56,817 nucleotides of DNA from Patescibacteria group bacterium (GCA_041650755.1 JBAZKN010000002.1:135030-191846), one strand, 5' to 3'. Counted from the first letter of the stretch, positions 39,933 to 49,212 are shown. The notes: a model not told the origin generated them from the sequence alone. Made by a program: numbers and translations.

Positions 39933-40730
39933 ATGTGGTGGCAAAATTATTGGCCACAAGCAAATATTTTTACTGTCGGCCCAATAGCCGTTCATTGGTA
40001 TGGATTGATTTTGGCTTTTGGTCTGTTGGCGGCTGGTTTTTATTCTTATTATCAGCTGCGCAAAAAACAGATTTTGATTGCCAGCCAATTTGAGGATTTG
40101 ATTTTTTATTTAGTTATCTTCAGCCTGCTCGGCGCAAGAATCGGCCATGTCTTTTTTACTTGGTATTATTATCAGGATCATTTAGCAGACATTTTGAAAG
40201 TTTGGCAAGGAGGCTTATCTTGGTGGGGTGGCTTTTTGGCGGGAGTGTGTGTCTTGATATGGTGGGCCAAGAAACATCAAATGAACTTTTTTGCGATAGC
40301 CGATATTGTAGCTCCGGCCGCAGCCTTGGGGCAGGCTATAGGCCGCTGGGGCAACTATTTTAATCAAGAGCTGTATGGCCGGCCAACCAATGGGTGGTGG
40401 GGCATAGCCATTGCTCCTCAGCATCGCCTGTCGGGGTATGAGCGATATGATTATTTTCAGCCAACTTTTTTTTATGAATTTATTTTAAACTTGCTTTTGT
40501 TTTTTGCCTTAAATAAATTTTTGCAATTTGCCAAAATTAAAACCGGTTTAGTCACCTGGCTTTATCTAGCGGGCTATGCGCTGATTCGTTTTTCTTTGGA
40601 ATTTATCAGAATTGATGATACGCCAACTTGGTGGTTTTTGCGTGCGCCGCAGGTGATTAGCCTGCTAGTATTTATCTTAGCTATATTTAGCATTATTGGC
40701 TTGCGCCATAAACCCTTGTCAAAGTCATAA
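39933..40730 (+). CDS. lgt: Prolipoprotein diacylglyceryl transferase
   Basis: HWYGL, GARIGHV, GRWGNYFNQELYG, QPTFFYE, RFSLEFIR. Confidence 0.95.
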   Translation: MWWQNYWPQANIFTVGPIAVHWYGLILAFGLLAAGFYSYYQLRKKQILIASQFEDLIFYLVIFSLLGARIGHVFFTWYYYQDHLADILKVWQGGLSWWGGFLAGVCVLIWWAKKHQMNFFAIADIVAPAAALGQAIGRWGNYFNQELYGRPTNGWWGIAIAPQHRLSGYERYDYFQPTFFYEFILNLLLFFALNKFLQFAKIKTGLVTWLYLAGYALIRFSLEFIRIDDTPTWWFLRAPQVISLLVFILAIFSIIGLRHKPLSKS

Positions 40731-40744
40731 AAATAGTGTAATAT
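40716..40744 (+). promoter_or_regulatory. Putative promoter for the tRNA-Asp element
   Basis: TTGTCA-17 nt-TAATAT. Confidence 0.5.
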
Positions 40745-40778
40745 ATCCAATGTTTTAAACATGGGTTAGTATAAGAGC

Positions 40779-41126
40779 ATGCGCGCCTGCCTGTGATGGG
40801 ATGATAGTTTCCCGCCGCAGGCGGGACCCCGCCAAAAGCGGTGGCAGCCATCTTGATGTTTTGCCTGTCATCCCGCAGAGCGGGACATAGCGCAGGTATG
40901 GGAATTTATTATTAAGCTCTGCATCTGTCTGATGGGGTGGTAGTTCAGCTGGTTAGAACGCCTGCCTGTCACGCAGGAGGTCGAGGGTTCAAGTCCCTTC
41001 CATCCCGCCAGACAGATGCAGAGCTTTTAAAATTGACGAGCAGGAGGCCTGCCCTGCAAATCGTGAAGCGGTTGTGCGGGGTCGTCCCGCGTTACGGGAT
41101 CCATCCCGCCACAGGCAGGCGCGCAT
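40779..41126. repeat. Nested inverted repeats enclosing tRNA-Asp
   Basis: Outer arms 40779-40803 / 41102-41126 (23/25); inner perfect 18-bp arms 40914-40931 / 41009-41026. Confidence 0.9.
40934..41010 (+). tRNA. tRNA-Asp(GTC)
   Basis: GGGGTGG/CCATCCC acceptor, CCTGC-CTGTCAC-GCAGG anticodon arm, TTCAAGT, CCA. Confidence 0.96.
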
Positions 41127-41190
41127 AGTTATTATCGATCGCTTTTTTAGCGATTTTTTGGTATAATATTAAGGAGTTTGGTAGAATTAT

Positions 41191-42117
41191 ATGATTTGGA
41201 ATTTTATTATCGTAATTTTTGGCTTGGCTTTGTTTGAAATTATCAGTAGTATTGATAATGCTATTATCAATGCTCATGTTTTGCAGACCTTGCCGGAAAA
41301 ATTCCGTAAGATTTTTTTATTTTGGGGCATTTTATTTGCTGTCTTTATAGTGCGCGGCGGTTTGCCATTTTTGATTATTTGGATATCAAATCCTAGCCTG
41401 ACAGCTGGCCAGATATTCACTTCCGCTTTTTCTAATGGCGGAGACGTTAGTCATCACTTGGCACAGTCGGCTCCACTACTGCTTTTGGGAGGCGGCATTT
41501 ATCTTTTTTTGGTATTTTTATCCTGGTTATTCTTGGAAGAAAAAAAATATGCTTTTTTGGTGGAGAATTTTCTTCATCGCCAGGCAGCTTGGTTTTATGC
41601 CATTGCTTCTATTGTGGTTACCTTGGCAGTGTATATTTCTTTGCAGATTAATCCACTACTAGCCCTAGCTGCTACTATAGGCACTAGTGCCTTTTTTATC
41701 ACTGACGGCTTCAAGAAGAACTCGGAAAGCAAGGAGAAAGAACTATTGGGCTCAAACATGAGTTTTTGGAGCAAGATTCTGTATCTGGAGATTTTAGACG
41801 CCTCTTTTTCCATTGATGGCGTGATTGGCGCTTTTGCCTTTACTATGTCCGTGCCCCTGATTTTGATTGGCAACGGCATCGGTGCTTTTGTGGTCAGAGA
41901 GTTTACCATCAAGGGCATAAAAGTAATTGCCAAATTTGCTTATCTAAAAAATGGCGCTATGTATTCTATCGGTTTTTTGGGTTTACTAATGATTTTGGAA
42001 AGTTTTGGCAAAGAGTTTCCTTTTTGGCTGGCGCCACTAAATACCACCTTACTGTTGGTGATTTTTCTTTGGTTGTCTTATCGCGAATTAAGGGCGGTAG
42101 CCGGGCAGGCTAAATGA
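41191..42117 (+). CDS. DUF475 / TerC-like membrane protein
   Basis: EIISSIDNAIINA, EILDASFSIDGVIGAFA, YLKNGA. Confidence 0.85.
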   Translation: MIWNFIIVIFGLALFEIISSIDNAIINAHVLQTLPEKFRKIFLFWGILFAVFIVRGGLPFLIIWISNPSLTAGQIFTSAFSNGGDVSHHLAQSAPLLLLGGGIYLFLVFLSWLFLEEKKYAFLVENFLHRQAAWFYAIASIVVTLAVYISLQINPLLALAATIGTSAFFITDGFKKNSESKEKELLGSNMSFWSKILYLEILDASFSIDGVIGAFAFTMSVPLILIGNGIGAFVVREFTIKGIKVIAKFAYLKNGAMYSIGFLGLLMILESFGKEFPFWLAPLNTTLLLVIFLWLSYRELRAVAGQAK

Positions 42118-42506
42118 AGCTAAATAAACAAGCAAAAAATCAAATAATCTATTTTTTATTAGCCGTCCTGTGGGGCTGCCTTATTTTTTATTTATCTAGT
42201 CAGCCTGATTTGAAAAGCGGTTTACCGTCAGCCTGGGATTTTATTTTAAGAAAATTGGCCCACTTGACTGTTTTTGCTATTCTGGCCTTTTTGTTGGCTG
42301 CTAGTTTTACTAAAAAAAGCAAACCATACTTGCTGTTTGTTATCCTGGCAGCAATCATGTATGCTTTTACTGATGAGCTGCATCAGCTGAGTGTGCCCGG
42401 CCGAGTAGGCAGTATTCGGGATATCTTTATTGATTCCTTTGGAGTGGGCCTAGGAATTTATTTTTTTGAGAGGCTGCACCTATTTAAAATATTTAGAAAA
42501 AGATAA
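42114..42506 (+). CDS. VanZ family membrane protein
   Basis: IFYLSSQP, RKLAHLTVF, YAFTDELHQ..VPGR..SIRDIFID. Confidence 0.88.
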   Translation: MKLNKQAKNQIIYFLLAVLWGCLIFYLSSQPDLKSGLPSAWDFILRKLAHLTVFAILAFLLAASFTKKSKPYLLFVILAAIMYAFTDELHQLSVPGRVGSIRDIFIDSFGVGLGIYFFERLHLFKIFRKR

Positions 42507-42535
42507 AAAACACCCCGGTTAAGGGGCGTTTTTTT
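42505..42535. terminator. Bidirectional terminator between vanZ-like gene and rplT
   Basis: AAAAAACACCCC-GGTTAA-GGGGCGTTTTTT. Confidence 0.75.
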
Positions 42536-42542
42536 GATATTC

Positions 42543-42887
42543 TTATTTTAAGTTTATTATTAGGTTAGCTATCGCTTCTGGCTTGGTCATGGCCAATTGG
42601 GACAAAACTTTACGATCTAGCTCAACTTTGTTTTTTTTCAATAGCGCTATAAAGCGGGAATAATTAAAATTATGTTCTCTGACAGCGGCATTGATTTTTA
42701 CCTGCCACAGGGCTCTAGCGACACGTTTTTTGGCATGGCGATCATATAAAGCATGTTGGCCAGCGTGTAAAATAGCCTCTCGGGCTTGTTTGATTTTATT
42801 TTTGCGGCCCCAATTATAACCCTTGGTTTTCTTCAGGACATTTTTTCGACGCTTGATATGAGCTCTACCTCGTTTGACTCTTGGCAT
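42543..42887 (-). CDS. rplT: 50S ribosomal protein L20
   Basis: MPRVKRG, LWQVKINAAVR, LDRKVLSQLA. Confidence 0.97.
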   Translation of the reverse strand: MPRVKRGRAHIKRRKNVLKKTKGYNWGRKNKIKQAREAILHAGQHALYDRHAKKRVARALWQVKINAAVREHNFNYSRFIALLKKNKVELDRKVLSQLAMTKPEAIANLIINLK

Positions 42888-42975
42888 ATTTTTAATTGCT
42901 TATGGTATATGGTATATAGCTTATGGCCGCCACCTTAGTGGTGACTATATGCCATCAGCTATAGGCGATTAGCTT

Positions 42976-43170
42976 TTATATGTATGGTAATAGTTTTTTA
43001 ACAGCTTTTAAATTGGCGGTGGATAAATTTTTATCACGACGTTTGTTTTTGGTGATTTTACCTGATTCACGAGAATTAAAATGATCTTGACCACCTGGAC
43101 GGATCATAATTTTCTTTTTGCCGGTAATTTTTACCCTTTTACGCAATAGTTTTTTCGTTTTCAGTTTCAT
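42976..43170 (-). CDS. rpmI: 50S ribosomal protein L35
   Basis: MKLKTKK..RKRVKITG, QDHFN; between infC and rplT; ATG at 43170 chosen. Confidence 0.92.
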   Translation of the reverse strand: MKLKTKKLLRKRVKITGKKKIMIRPGGQDHFNSRESGKITKNKRRDKNLSTANLKAVKKLLPYI

Positions 43171-43195
43171 AGGAATTTTCGTTTGTCTGTTTAGA

Positions 43196-43726
43196 TTATT
43201 TTTTAGTAACAATAGTGATGAGTGTGCCGCCCATAATTTCTAGGGGCTTATCTAATTTGTATTCGGTACCTAGGGTTTGCAAAAATTGGTTGATTACTTC
43301 TTTGGCTTTTTCACGAAAGGCTTTTTCTCGGCCCCTAAGGCGGAGCTCAATCTTCACCTTGTGTCCAGCTTCAAAAAATTTTCTGACTTGTTTTTGCCTG
43401 ACCCCAATATCATGCTGGCCGATTTTTAAGGACAACCTGATAACCTTGGTATCTATTTTTTTAGGTTTGTTTTTGCTTTGGCTACGGCTTTGTTGGTATT
43501 GCCATTTGCCAAAGTCCACAATCCGGCAGACAGGCGGCTGAGCTAAGGGAGAAACCTCTACTAGATCCAGTTCTCGGCTAGCGGCTAGGTTGGCAGCCTC
43601 ATTGGTCGGGATGACACCCAGCTGTTCGCCATTTTCGTCGATTACCCTGACTTCGGGCACGCGAATCTGGTGGTTGATACGATAAAATTTGTTGCCGGTT
43701 TGAGAGCGATTAAATTTTGGATTCAA
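43196..43726 (-). CDS. infC: Translation initiation factor IF-3
   Basis: RINHQIRVPEVRVID, LDLVEVSP, DFGKWQY, RGRE; TTG start with an in-frame TAG three codons upstream. Confidence 0.96.
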   Translation of the reverse strand: MNPKFNRSQTGNKFYRINHQIRVPEVRVIDENGEQLGVIPTNEAANLAASRELDLVEVSPLAQPPVCRIVDFGKWQYQQSRSQSKNKPKKIDTKVIRLSLKIGQHDIGVRQKQVRKFFEAGHKVKIELRLRGREKAFREKAKEVINQFLQTLGTEYKLDKPLEIMGGTLITIVTKK

Positions 43727-43805
43727 CTTTTTCTATTTAATAATTAATTTGGTGTTTTTGTTATCCTTTAAGGATAAGAGAAACATGTGATAAATTATAT
43801 GTTTT

Positions 43806-44029
43806 GTCATCCTTCGCCACGGCTACGGATGACATCCTGCGCGAGTTCTGCGAGCTATTTCCGGTGGCCTTCGATTATGAATGTCCTTCGACTCACTTCG
43901 TTCGCTCAGGGCACTCGATTCCAGGGTCGGAATGGTCGGAGGTGCTAATAAGCACCGTAGACCACCGATTCGGCTCGAGCTCACGGCCGAGGGCGAGTGA
44001 GCTTTTTGCGAAGCAAAAGGCGAATCGAG
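43806..44029 (-). repeat. Multi-module palindromic trailer of tmRNA
   Basis: 40-nt block shared with the tRNA-Arg(CCG) trailer, GGTCTAC, CCCTGAGCGAACGAAGTGAGTCGAAGGACAT module, GTCATCC...GGATGAC palindrome. Confidence 0.88.
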
Positions 44030-44407
44030 TGGTGGAGATGAGGGGGATTACACCCCTGTCTGACAAATGTCAAAATAAACGTCTACCAATATAGTTAATT
44101 TTTTCGCTTTGGCTATTGGCTATAAAATTAGCAAAAAACCAATAACCTAGTTAACTTGCGTTTCGAAATATCCAGGTTAACGCTAGATATTCCTAAGCCT
44201 GATAAATGACGCCCCAGCCAAAACCTCAGGCAAGCCATGGTGGAACGGTCTTAAGCGTTAAGCTAAGACTGGTGAAAGTTGAGGAACTTGGAAAAGTTCT
44301 TTGGCTTTCGCAAATAAGTTTTTGGCACTTATTTGGTTACGATTTTACAGTTCGTGAACTGACTGGCAGTTTATCCCTTCACTTGCCGTCGAATATAAAA
44401 CATCCCC
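44030..44407 (-). ncRNA. ssrA: tmRNA; tag peptide (A)KNLFAKAKELFQVPQLSPVLA*
   Basis: 5' GGGGATG pairs with CATCTCC-ACCA including G3-U70; ATAAGT-GCC resume context; lies 5 nt after the smpB stop. Confidence 0.93.
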
Positions 44408-44412
44408 TCAAA

Positions 44413-44859
44413 TTAACGTTTCAAATGACGGGCAATAGTGCGGTTGATTTCCCGCTTTTTTATGTCTTGTCGCTTGTCAAATTGCTTTTTTCCCTTGACT
44501 AAGGCAATTTTTACCTTAATAAGTCTGCGCGTAGTATACACGGAAATAGGCATTATTGTCAAGCCCTTGGAGTCGGTTTTATTGGCCAAATACAGCATTT
44601 CCCGGCGATGCAGTAGTATGGGGCGATCTCTTTCAGGGTTATAAGCGGCTAAATTTTTGGCTGCTTTCTGGTAGGGGGCAATATACATTTTTTTGAGCAT
44701 AGCTCGGCCATTTTTTATAGAGATGAAAGCTCCCTTCAGATCGGCTTGCCCCATTTTTAGCGATTTTACCTCTGGCCCGGTCAACACTAAGCCAGCTTCC
44801 AATTCTTCTAAAACTTGGAAACTGCGGTTGAAGTTTTTGTTGTGGGCTAGGGTTGACAT
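44413..44859 (-). CDS. smpB: SsrA-binding protein
   Basis: EAGLVLTGPEVKSLK, RPILLHRRE, KGKKQFDKR. Confidence 0.95.
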   Translation of the reverse strand: MSTLAHNKNFNRSFQVLEELEAGLVLTGPEVKSLKMGQADLKGAFISIKNGRAMLKKMYIAPYQKAAKNLAAYNPERDRPILLHRREMLYLANKTDSKGLTIMPISVYTTRRLIKVKIALVKGKKQFDKRQDIKKREINRTIARHLKR

Positions 44860-44920
44860 AGGTTTTTTTGCCTGCTTTTCTTAGTTTGACTATAACACAA
44901 ACCATTATTTTTTCAAAATA

Positions 44921-47890
44921 TTAGACAGTCAATAATTTGATTATATCCTCAATTTCACTGGCTAAATTTGTTTTTAAAAAATCTTGGTCAATTTTTAGTT
45001 GATGATTGGCATAACGCCAGCTGGGGTTGTGATCCATTATTTTATCAATTTTTTTAAAATCAATCGCGCCCAAGAAATTGATGGCCAGATATTTTTTATC
45101 CTGACTACGATAAGTATAAATACTGCTGATGTTTTTATTTTGGGCCAAGACTTTGATTTTTTGCAGGAGCCAGATATTTTTTAATGCTTGGTCATGAGCT
45201 TGATTTATTTTTTCGTTGATATGATCAATGTCTCGCTGACGGCTGACTTTTTGATAAAAAACAATTTTGTCGGCCAGACTAGAAAACATTTTATTCGGTA
45301 CTGAAGTGTCAATCGGTAGTTTGATTTCTATGTCCCGCCAAGGTTTATTGATTTGCCCTTTGAGCTCGGCAATAGTTTCGGCTACCAATATCTGATAAAG
45401 TCCCAGACCGATACTTTTTACTTTGCCGGATTGAGCTTTGCCCAAAATCTGGCCTACGCCCCGCAGCTCGAGATCACGGCTGGCGATTTTAAAGCCATCA
45501 CCCAAAGAGCTAGCCTGTTTTAAATGTGCCAAGCGCTGGGTAGGTAATTTGGCTAGGTGGCTGGCCGTATAGAGAAAATAAGCATAAGCCTGAATATCAG
45601 AACGGCCAATGCGTCCCCGTAATTGGTGTAGTTGAGACAAGCCAAAGCGTGTAGCTTCAGTAACAATCAAAGTATTGGCGTTGGGGATATCCAGGCCATT
45701 GGCAATGATAGTTGAGCAGATTAGTATATCAATTTTGCCAGTGTCAAATTTATGCATGATATCGGCTAGTTCAGTATCGGGCAGTTGGCCGTGGGCAATG
45801 GCGACACCGGCTTTGGGAAACATTTTTTTTATTTTTTTGTAGGCAAAATCAATAGTTTCTACCTTATTATGCAAAAAATAAATCTGACCGCGACGTTTGA
45901 GCTCGCGTTCAATAGCTTGTTTGATGGTATCATCATTTTCCGGCAAAACTTCAGTGATGATATCTTTGCGGTTGGCTATCGGATGAGTTATCAGGCTGAT
46001 ATCTTTGATTAGAGAAAGCGCCAGATGCAGTGTGCGGGGGATCGGCGTAGCTGTCAGAGTCAAGACATGGATATTGCTTTTATATTTTTTTAGTTTTTCT
46101 TTATCAGCCACACCAAAATTTTGTTCTTCGTCTATTATCAATAGCTGTAATTTTGGTATTTGGACGTCGCGGGAGAGCAGGCGATGCGTGCCAATCACTA
46201 TATCTATTTGATTATTTTTTAGCGCCTGGCAGGTTTTTTGGATTTGAGCTGGTTTTTGCCAGCGAGTCAAGAGAGCTACCCGGACGCCAAACTTGCTTAA
46301 TCTTTGGGAAAAATTGTCAAAATGCTGCTGGGCCAATATGGTGGTTGGGCAGAGCAGGGCTACTTGGTAGCCGCTGGATACTACGCGAGCGGCTGCCCGT
46401 AAAGCTATTTCAGTTTTACCAAAACCAACATCGCCGCAGATCAGTCGGTCTTGCGGCCAAGTAGCCTGTAAATCGGTTTGGACATCCTGCCAAGCAGCTT
46501 TTTGCGAAGGAGTCAATTGATAGGTAAAGTCTGCGGCCACTTTTTCTTCTAAGTCGGCCTCGTTTATTTTGGGGGCAGAATGCAGCCGGCGGGTAGCTTC
46601 AATAGTCAAAAGCTGATTGGCTAGCTCTAAGGTCTGGTTTTTTATTTTCCGCAAAGTCTGCGGCCAAGCATTGCCGATAGACAAGCGGTTGATTTTTGGA
46701 TTGGCTGGGCCGAGATATTTTTCCACTTTGTCGGCTAGGTCCACCGGCACAAACAGCGTGTCATTTTGCGCGTAAGTCAAGACCAAATATTCGTGCTCTA
46801 CCTCATCAATCGTCATTTTTTGGATGCCGGTAAGCTTGGCTATGCCATGGTCACGATGAACAACCAGGTCGCCGACTGTAAAATCCGGCAGCCAATCAGC
46901 CACTGTTCCGGTGGTGTGGCCAGTTTCAGCCAGAAAGAACAGCTGATCATGGACAGTGATGATTTTGGCTGTCGGCAGGCACATGATTTCCGGCCAGCTC
47001 AAGGCTGCTTGCCAGTCTATGATTTTTGCCGGCAGCTGATATTTTTTGATAATTTCTTGAGCAAGCACCGGTTGTTTGCTAAACCAAAAAATTTGGTAGT
47101 CTGTTTGCTCTTGTAAAAATTTGATTTTGTCAGCTTTTTGGCTGAAAAGAAAATTTAAATTTTGGCCAGGTAGCTCAAAGTCAGGCTTTTTGCTAAGTGG
47201 GTCAATGATAATTTGCTTGTTTTTTGCCAGGGGAAAATTTTCCTGATCAGTCAAATTGTAAATCAGCAGGCAAGCTGCCGGGATAGAGTTGATAAATTTT
47301 TGTTTTTGAAAAATATTATCAGGCCAGATAGTAATATTGGAGACATCTTGGCTTTGATTATCCAAAGTATTGATGACTAGCAGACTTTTGATTTTATTAA
47401 AATCATACTCGATGCGGTAAATGCAAAAATTTTGGTAGATATCCACCAGTTGTCCGCGCACCGCTAGACTGGGATAATTAGCCAGGCTGCTTTCCCGGCT
47501 GAAGCCCATAGCCACCAAGTCAGTCACTAATTGGTGCAAGGGATATTCTTGACCCTTATTTAGCTGAATCTGCCGATTTTTAAAATGCAGCCAATCCGGT
47601 ACCAGCGTTGCTAAATTATTTATTGTAGTCAGTATCAGGTAATTTTGGTTTTTTTGATAAGCCAAAAAGGTGGCGATTGGCATTGGCTCGCTTTCCGGCC
47701 AAGTAATGATTTCTTTTTGCCCTAGAGGTAGATTTTTTTGCCAGCCGACCAAAAGATCGGCCCAGATTTTTATCTCTTTATTATTCTGCAAAAACCAAAA
47801 AGCCGCCCCTTTTTCTTGGTAGAGGGGGGTAGAGATGATGCCCAAAGTTTGGTTGACGGCTGCGTCCGATACAGCTACTCGGTAGGTCAT
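44921..47890 (-). CDS. mfd: Transcription-repair coupling factor with divergent N-terminus
   Basis: GDLVVHRDHGI (RID/CarD-like), DRLICGDVGFGKTE, IDEEQ, TATPIPRTL, QLRGRIGR, DLELRG. Confidence 0.93.
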   Translation of the reverse strand: MTYRVAVSDAAVNQTLGIISTPLYQEKGAAFWFLQNNKEIKIWADLLVGWQKNLPLGQKEIITWPESEPMPIATFLAYQKNQNYLILTTINNLATLVPDWLHFKNRQIQLNKGQEYPLHQLVTDLVAMGFSRESSLANYPSLAVRGQLVDIYQNFCIYRIEYDFNKIKSLLVINTLDNQSQDVSNITIWPDNIFQKQKFINSIPAACLLIYNLTDQENFPLAKNKQIIIDPLSKKPDFELPGQNLNFLFSQKADKIKFLQEQTDYQIFWFSKQPVLAQEIIKKYQLPAKIIDWQAALSWPEIMCLPTAKIITVHDQLFFLAETGHTTGTVADWLPDFTVGDLVVHRDHGIAKLTGIQKMTIDEVEHEYLVLTYAQNDTLFVPVDLADKVEKYLGPANPKINRLSIGNAWPQTLRKIKNQTLELANQLLTIEATRRLHSAPKINEADLEEKVAADFTYQLTPSQKAAWQDVQTDLQATWPQDRLICGDVGFGKTEIALRAAARVVSSGYQVALLCPTTILAQQHFDNFSQRLSKFGVRVALLTRWQKPAQIQKTCQALKNNQIDIVIGTHRLLSRDVQIPKLQLLIIDEEQNFGVADKEKLKKYKSNIHVLTLTATPIPRTLHLALSLIKDISLITHPIANRKDIITEVLPENDDTIKQAIERELKRRGQIYFLHNKVETIDFAYKKIKKMFPKAGVAIAHGQLPDTELADIMHKFDTGKIDILICSTIIANGLDIPNANTLIVTEATRFGLSQLHQLRGRIGRSDIQAYAYFLYTASHLAKLPTQRLAHLKQASSLGDGFKIASRDLELRGVGQILGKAQSGKVKSIGLGLYQILVAETIAELKGQINKPWRDIEIKLPIDTSVPNKMFSSLADKIVFYQKVSRQRDIDHINEKINQAHDQALKNIWLLQKIKVLAQNKNISSIYTYRSQDKKYLAINFLGAIDFKKIDKIMDHNPSWRYANHQLKIDQDFLKTNLASEIEDIIKLLTV

Positions 47891-48018
47891 AAATTAGATA
47901 GTATTTTCTACTATCGCTGATATTTTAGCAGTTCTCAGTAAATAAGCAAGCTTTTGCGTCTTTATTTTAGTTGAAAAATAATTTATAATATAAGTATTAA
48001 TGAATTAACAAGAAAAAT

Positions 48019-48267
48019 ATGTATTTTGGTTATTTTTTGATCTTATTGGGTATTTTGTGGCTACTCCAAGAAATGGGAGTTATTATGGGCAGCTTTTGGG
48101 GTTTTGTCTGGCCAATTTTAGTGATCTTTTTGGGTTTGTCCATTGTGGCCAATAGAAAGGATGGCGCTTGCTATTGTTACTGGCCATGGCACAAGCATCA
48201 TCGTTACTACGATCACGATAAGGCCAAGCCCGAGACGCCGCACAATCATCCGGAAGATAAATTATAA
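48019..48267 (+). CDS. Small membrane protein (LiaI/LiaF-like hairpin, His-rich tail)
   Basis: GYFLILLGILWLL...WPILVIFLGL pattern. Confidence 0.65.
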   Translation: MYFGYFLILLGILWLLQEMGVIMGSFWGFVWPILVIFLGLSIVANRKDGACYCYWPWHKHHRYYDHDKAKPETPHNHPEDKL

Positions 48268-48659
48268 TGCCCATTATTAAGCTAAATAAATCAGCCGACT
48301 TTACCATAAAAAAGTCAAAGTTTTTAAGCTTTGCTTTTTTAGTCAAAAGCGAAGCAGAAATTTCAAAAATTTTAGCTGATATCAAAAAAGAGCATCCCAA
48401 AGCCAGGCATATAGTCTATGCTTATCGTTTGCAGGAGAATAATCAGCTCAAAGAAAGATTCCACAATGACAGGGAGCCTTCTCAATCAGCTGGTTTGCCG
48501 CTTTATAATTTATTAAAAAATCAAGATATTGTAAATTGTTTGGTAGTAGTAGTGCGCTACTATGGCGGCATTAAGCTTGGGGTGGGCGGTCTGGTACGAG
48601 CTTACACAACGAGCGCCAAATTAGTTTTGGAAAATAATTTAGCTCTGGATGGAAATTAA
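48267..48659 (+). CDS. yigZ: YigZ/IMPACT family protein (N-terminal domain only)
   Basis: IKKSKF, ARHIVYAY, DREPSQSAG, VVVRYYGGIKLGVGGLVRAY. Confidence 0.88.
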   Translation: MPIIKLNKSADFTIKKSKFLSFAFLVKSEAEISKILADIKKEHPKARHIVYAYRLQENNQLKERFHNDREPSQSAGLPLYNLLKNQDIVNCLVVVVRYYGGIKLGVGGLVRAYTTSAKLVLENNLALDGN

Positions 48660-49209
48660 ATCAGTCAAAGTCGGCGATCAAGAAATAAAATATAACTTGC
48701 GCCGACGCAAGCGAGTAAGATATTTGCGCTTAAGCGTGGGAGTGGATGGCAGCTTGTCCGTCACTGCCCCAGTAGCTTATCCGCAGTTTTTGATTAGGCA
48801 ATTTATTTTGCATCGTTTTGCTTGGGTGCAATCAGCTATTGCCAAGCGTTTATCCAGACCCAGTATTTTTCGGGAGCAACATAGTGCTCAAGAAATCAAA
48901 CATTATCAAGCGTTGGCTAAAAGAATTATTTTAGAGCGACTGGAGCATTTTAATAAATTCTACCGGCTAAGTTATAAAAAAATTACTATCCGTAAAGCCA
49001 CCACCAGATGGGGGAGCTGTTCCAAAAAAGGTAATCTAAATTTTAATTATCGCCTGTATTTTTTAGCGCCGGAACTGCTGGATTATGTAGTTGTTCATGA
49101 GCTTTGCCATTTGCAGGAGTTTAATCATTCCCAAGCTTTCTGGCGTTTAGTGGGTCAAAAAATACCAGATTATAGACTCTTAAGAAAAAAACTAAAAAAT
49201 TTAAGGTAA
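48649..49209 (+). CDS. YgjP/DUF45 family metal-dependent hydrolase
   Basis: TRWGSCS, LDYVVVHELCHL, NHSQAFW. Confidence 0.9.
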   Translation: MEIKSVKVGDQEIKYNLRRRKRVRYLRLSVGVDGSLSVTAPVAYPQFLIRQFILHRFAWVQSAIAKRLSRPSIFREQHSAQEIKHYQALAKRIILERLEHFNKFYRLSYKKITIRKATTRWGSCSKKGNLNFNYRLYFLAPELLDYVVVHELCHLQEFNHSQAFWRLVGQKIPDYRLLRKKLKNLR

Positions 49210-49212
49210 AAG

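Noticed and set aside
43804-44502. Plus-strand ORFs of 96 and 98 aa
   Set aside because: They are antisense to tmRNA and its palindromic trailer and have no protein-like features
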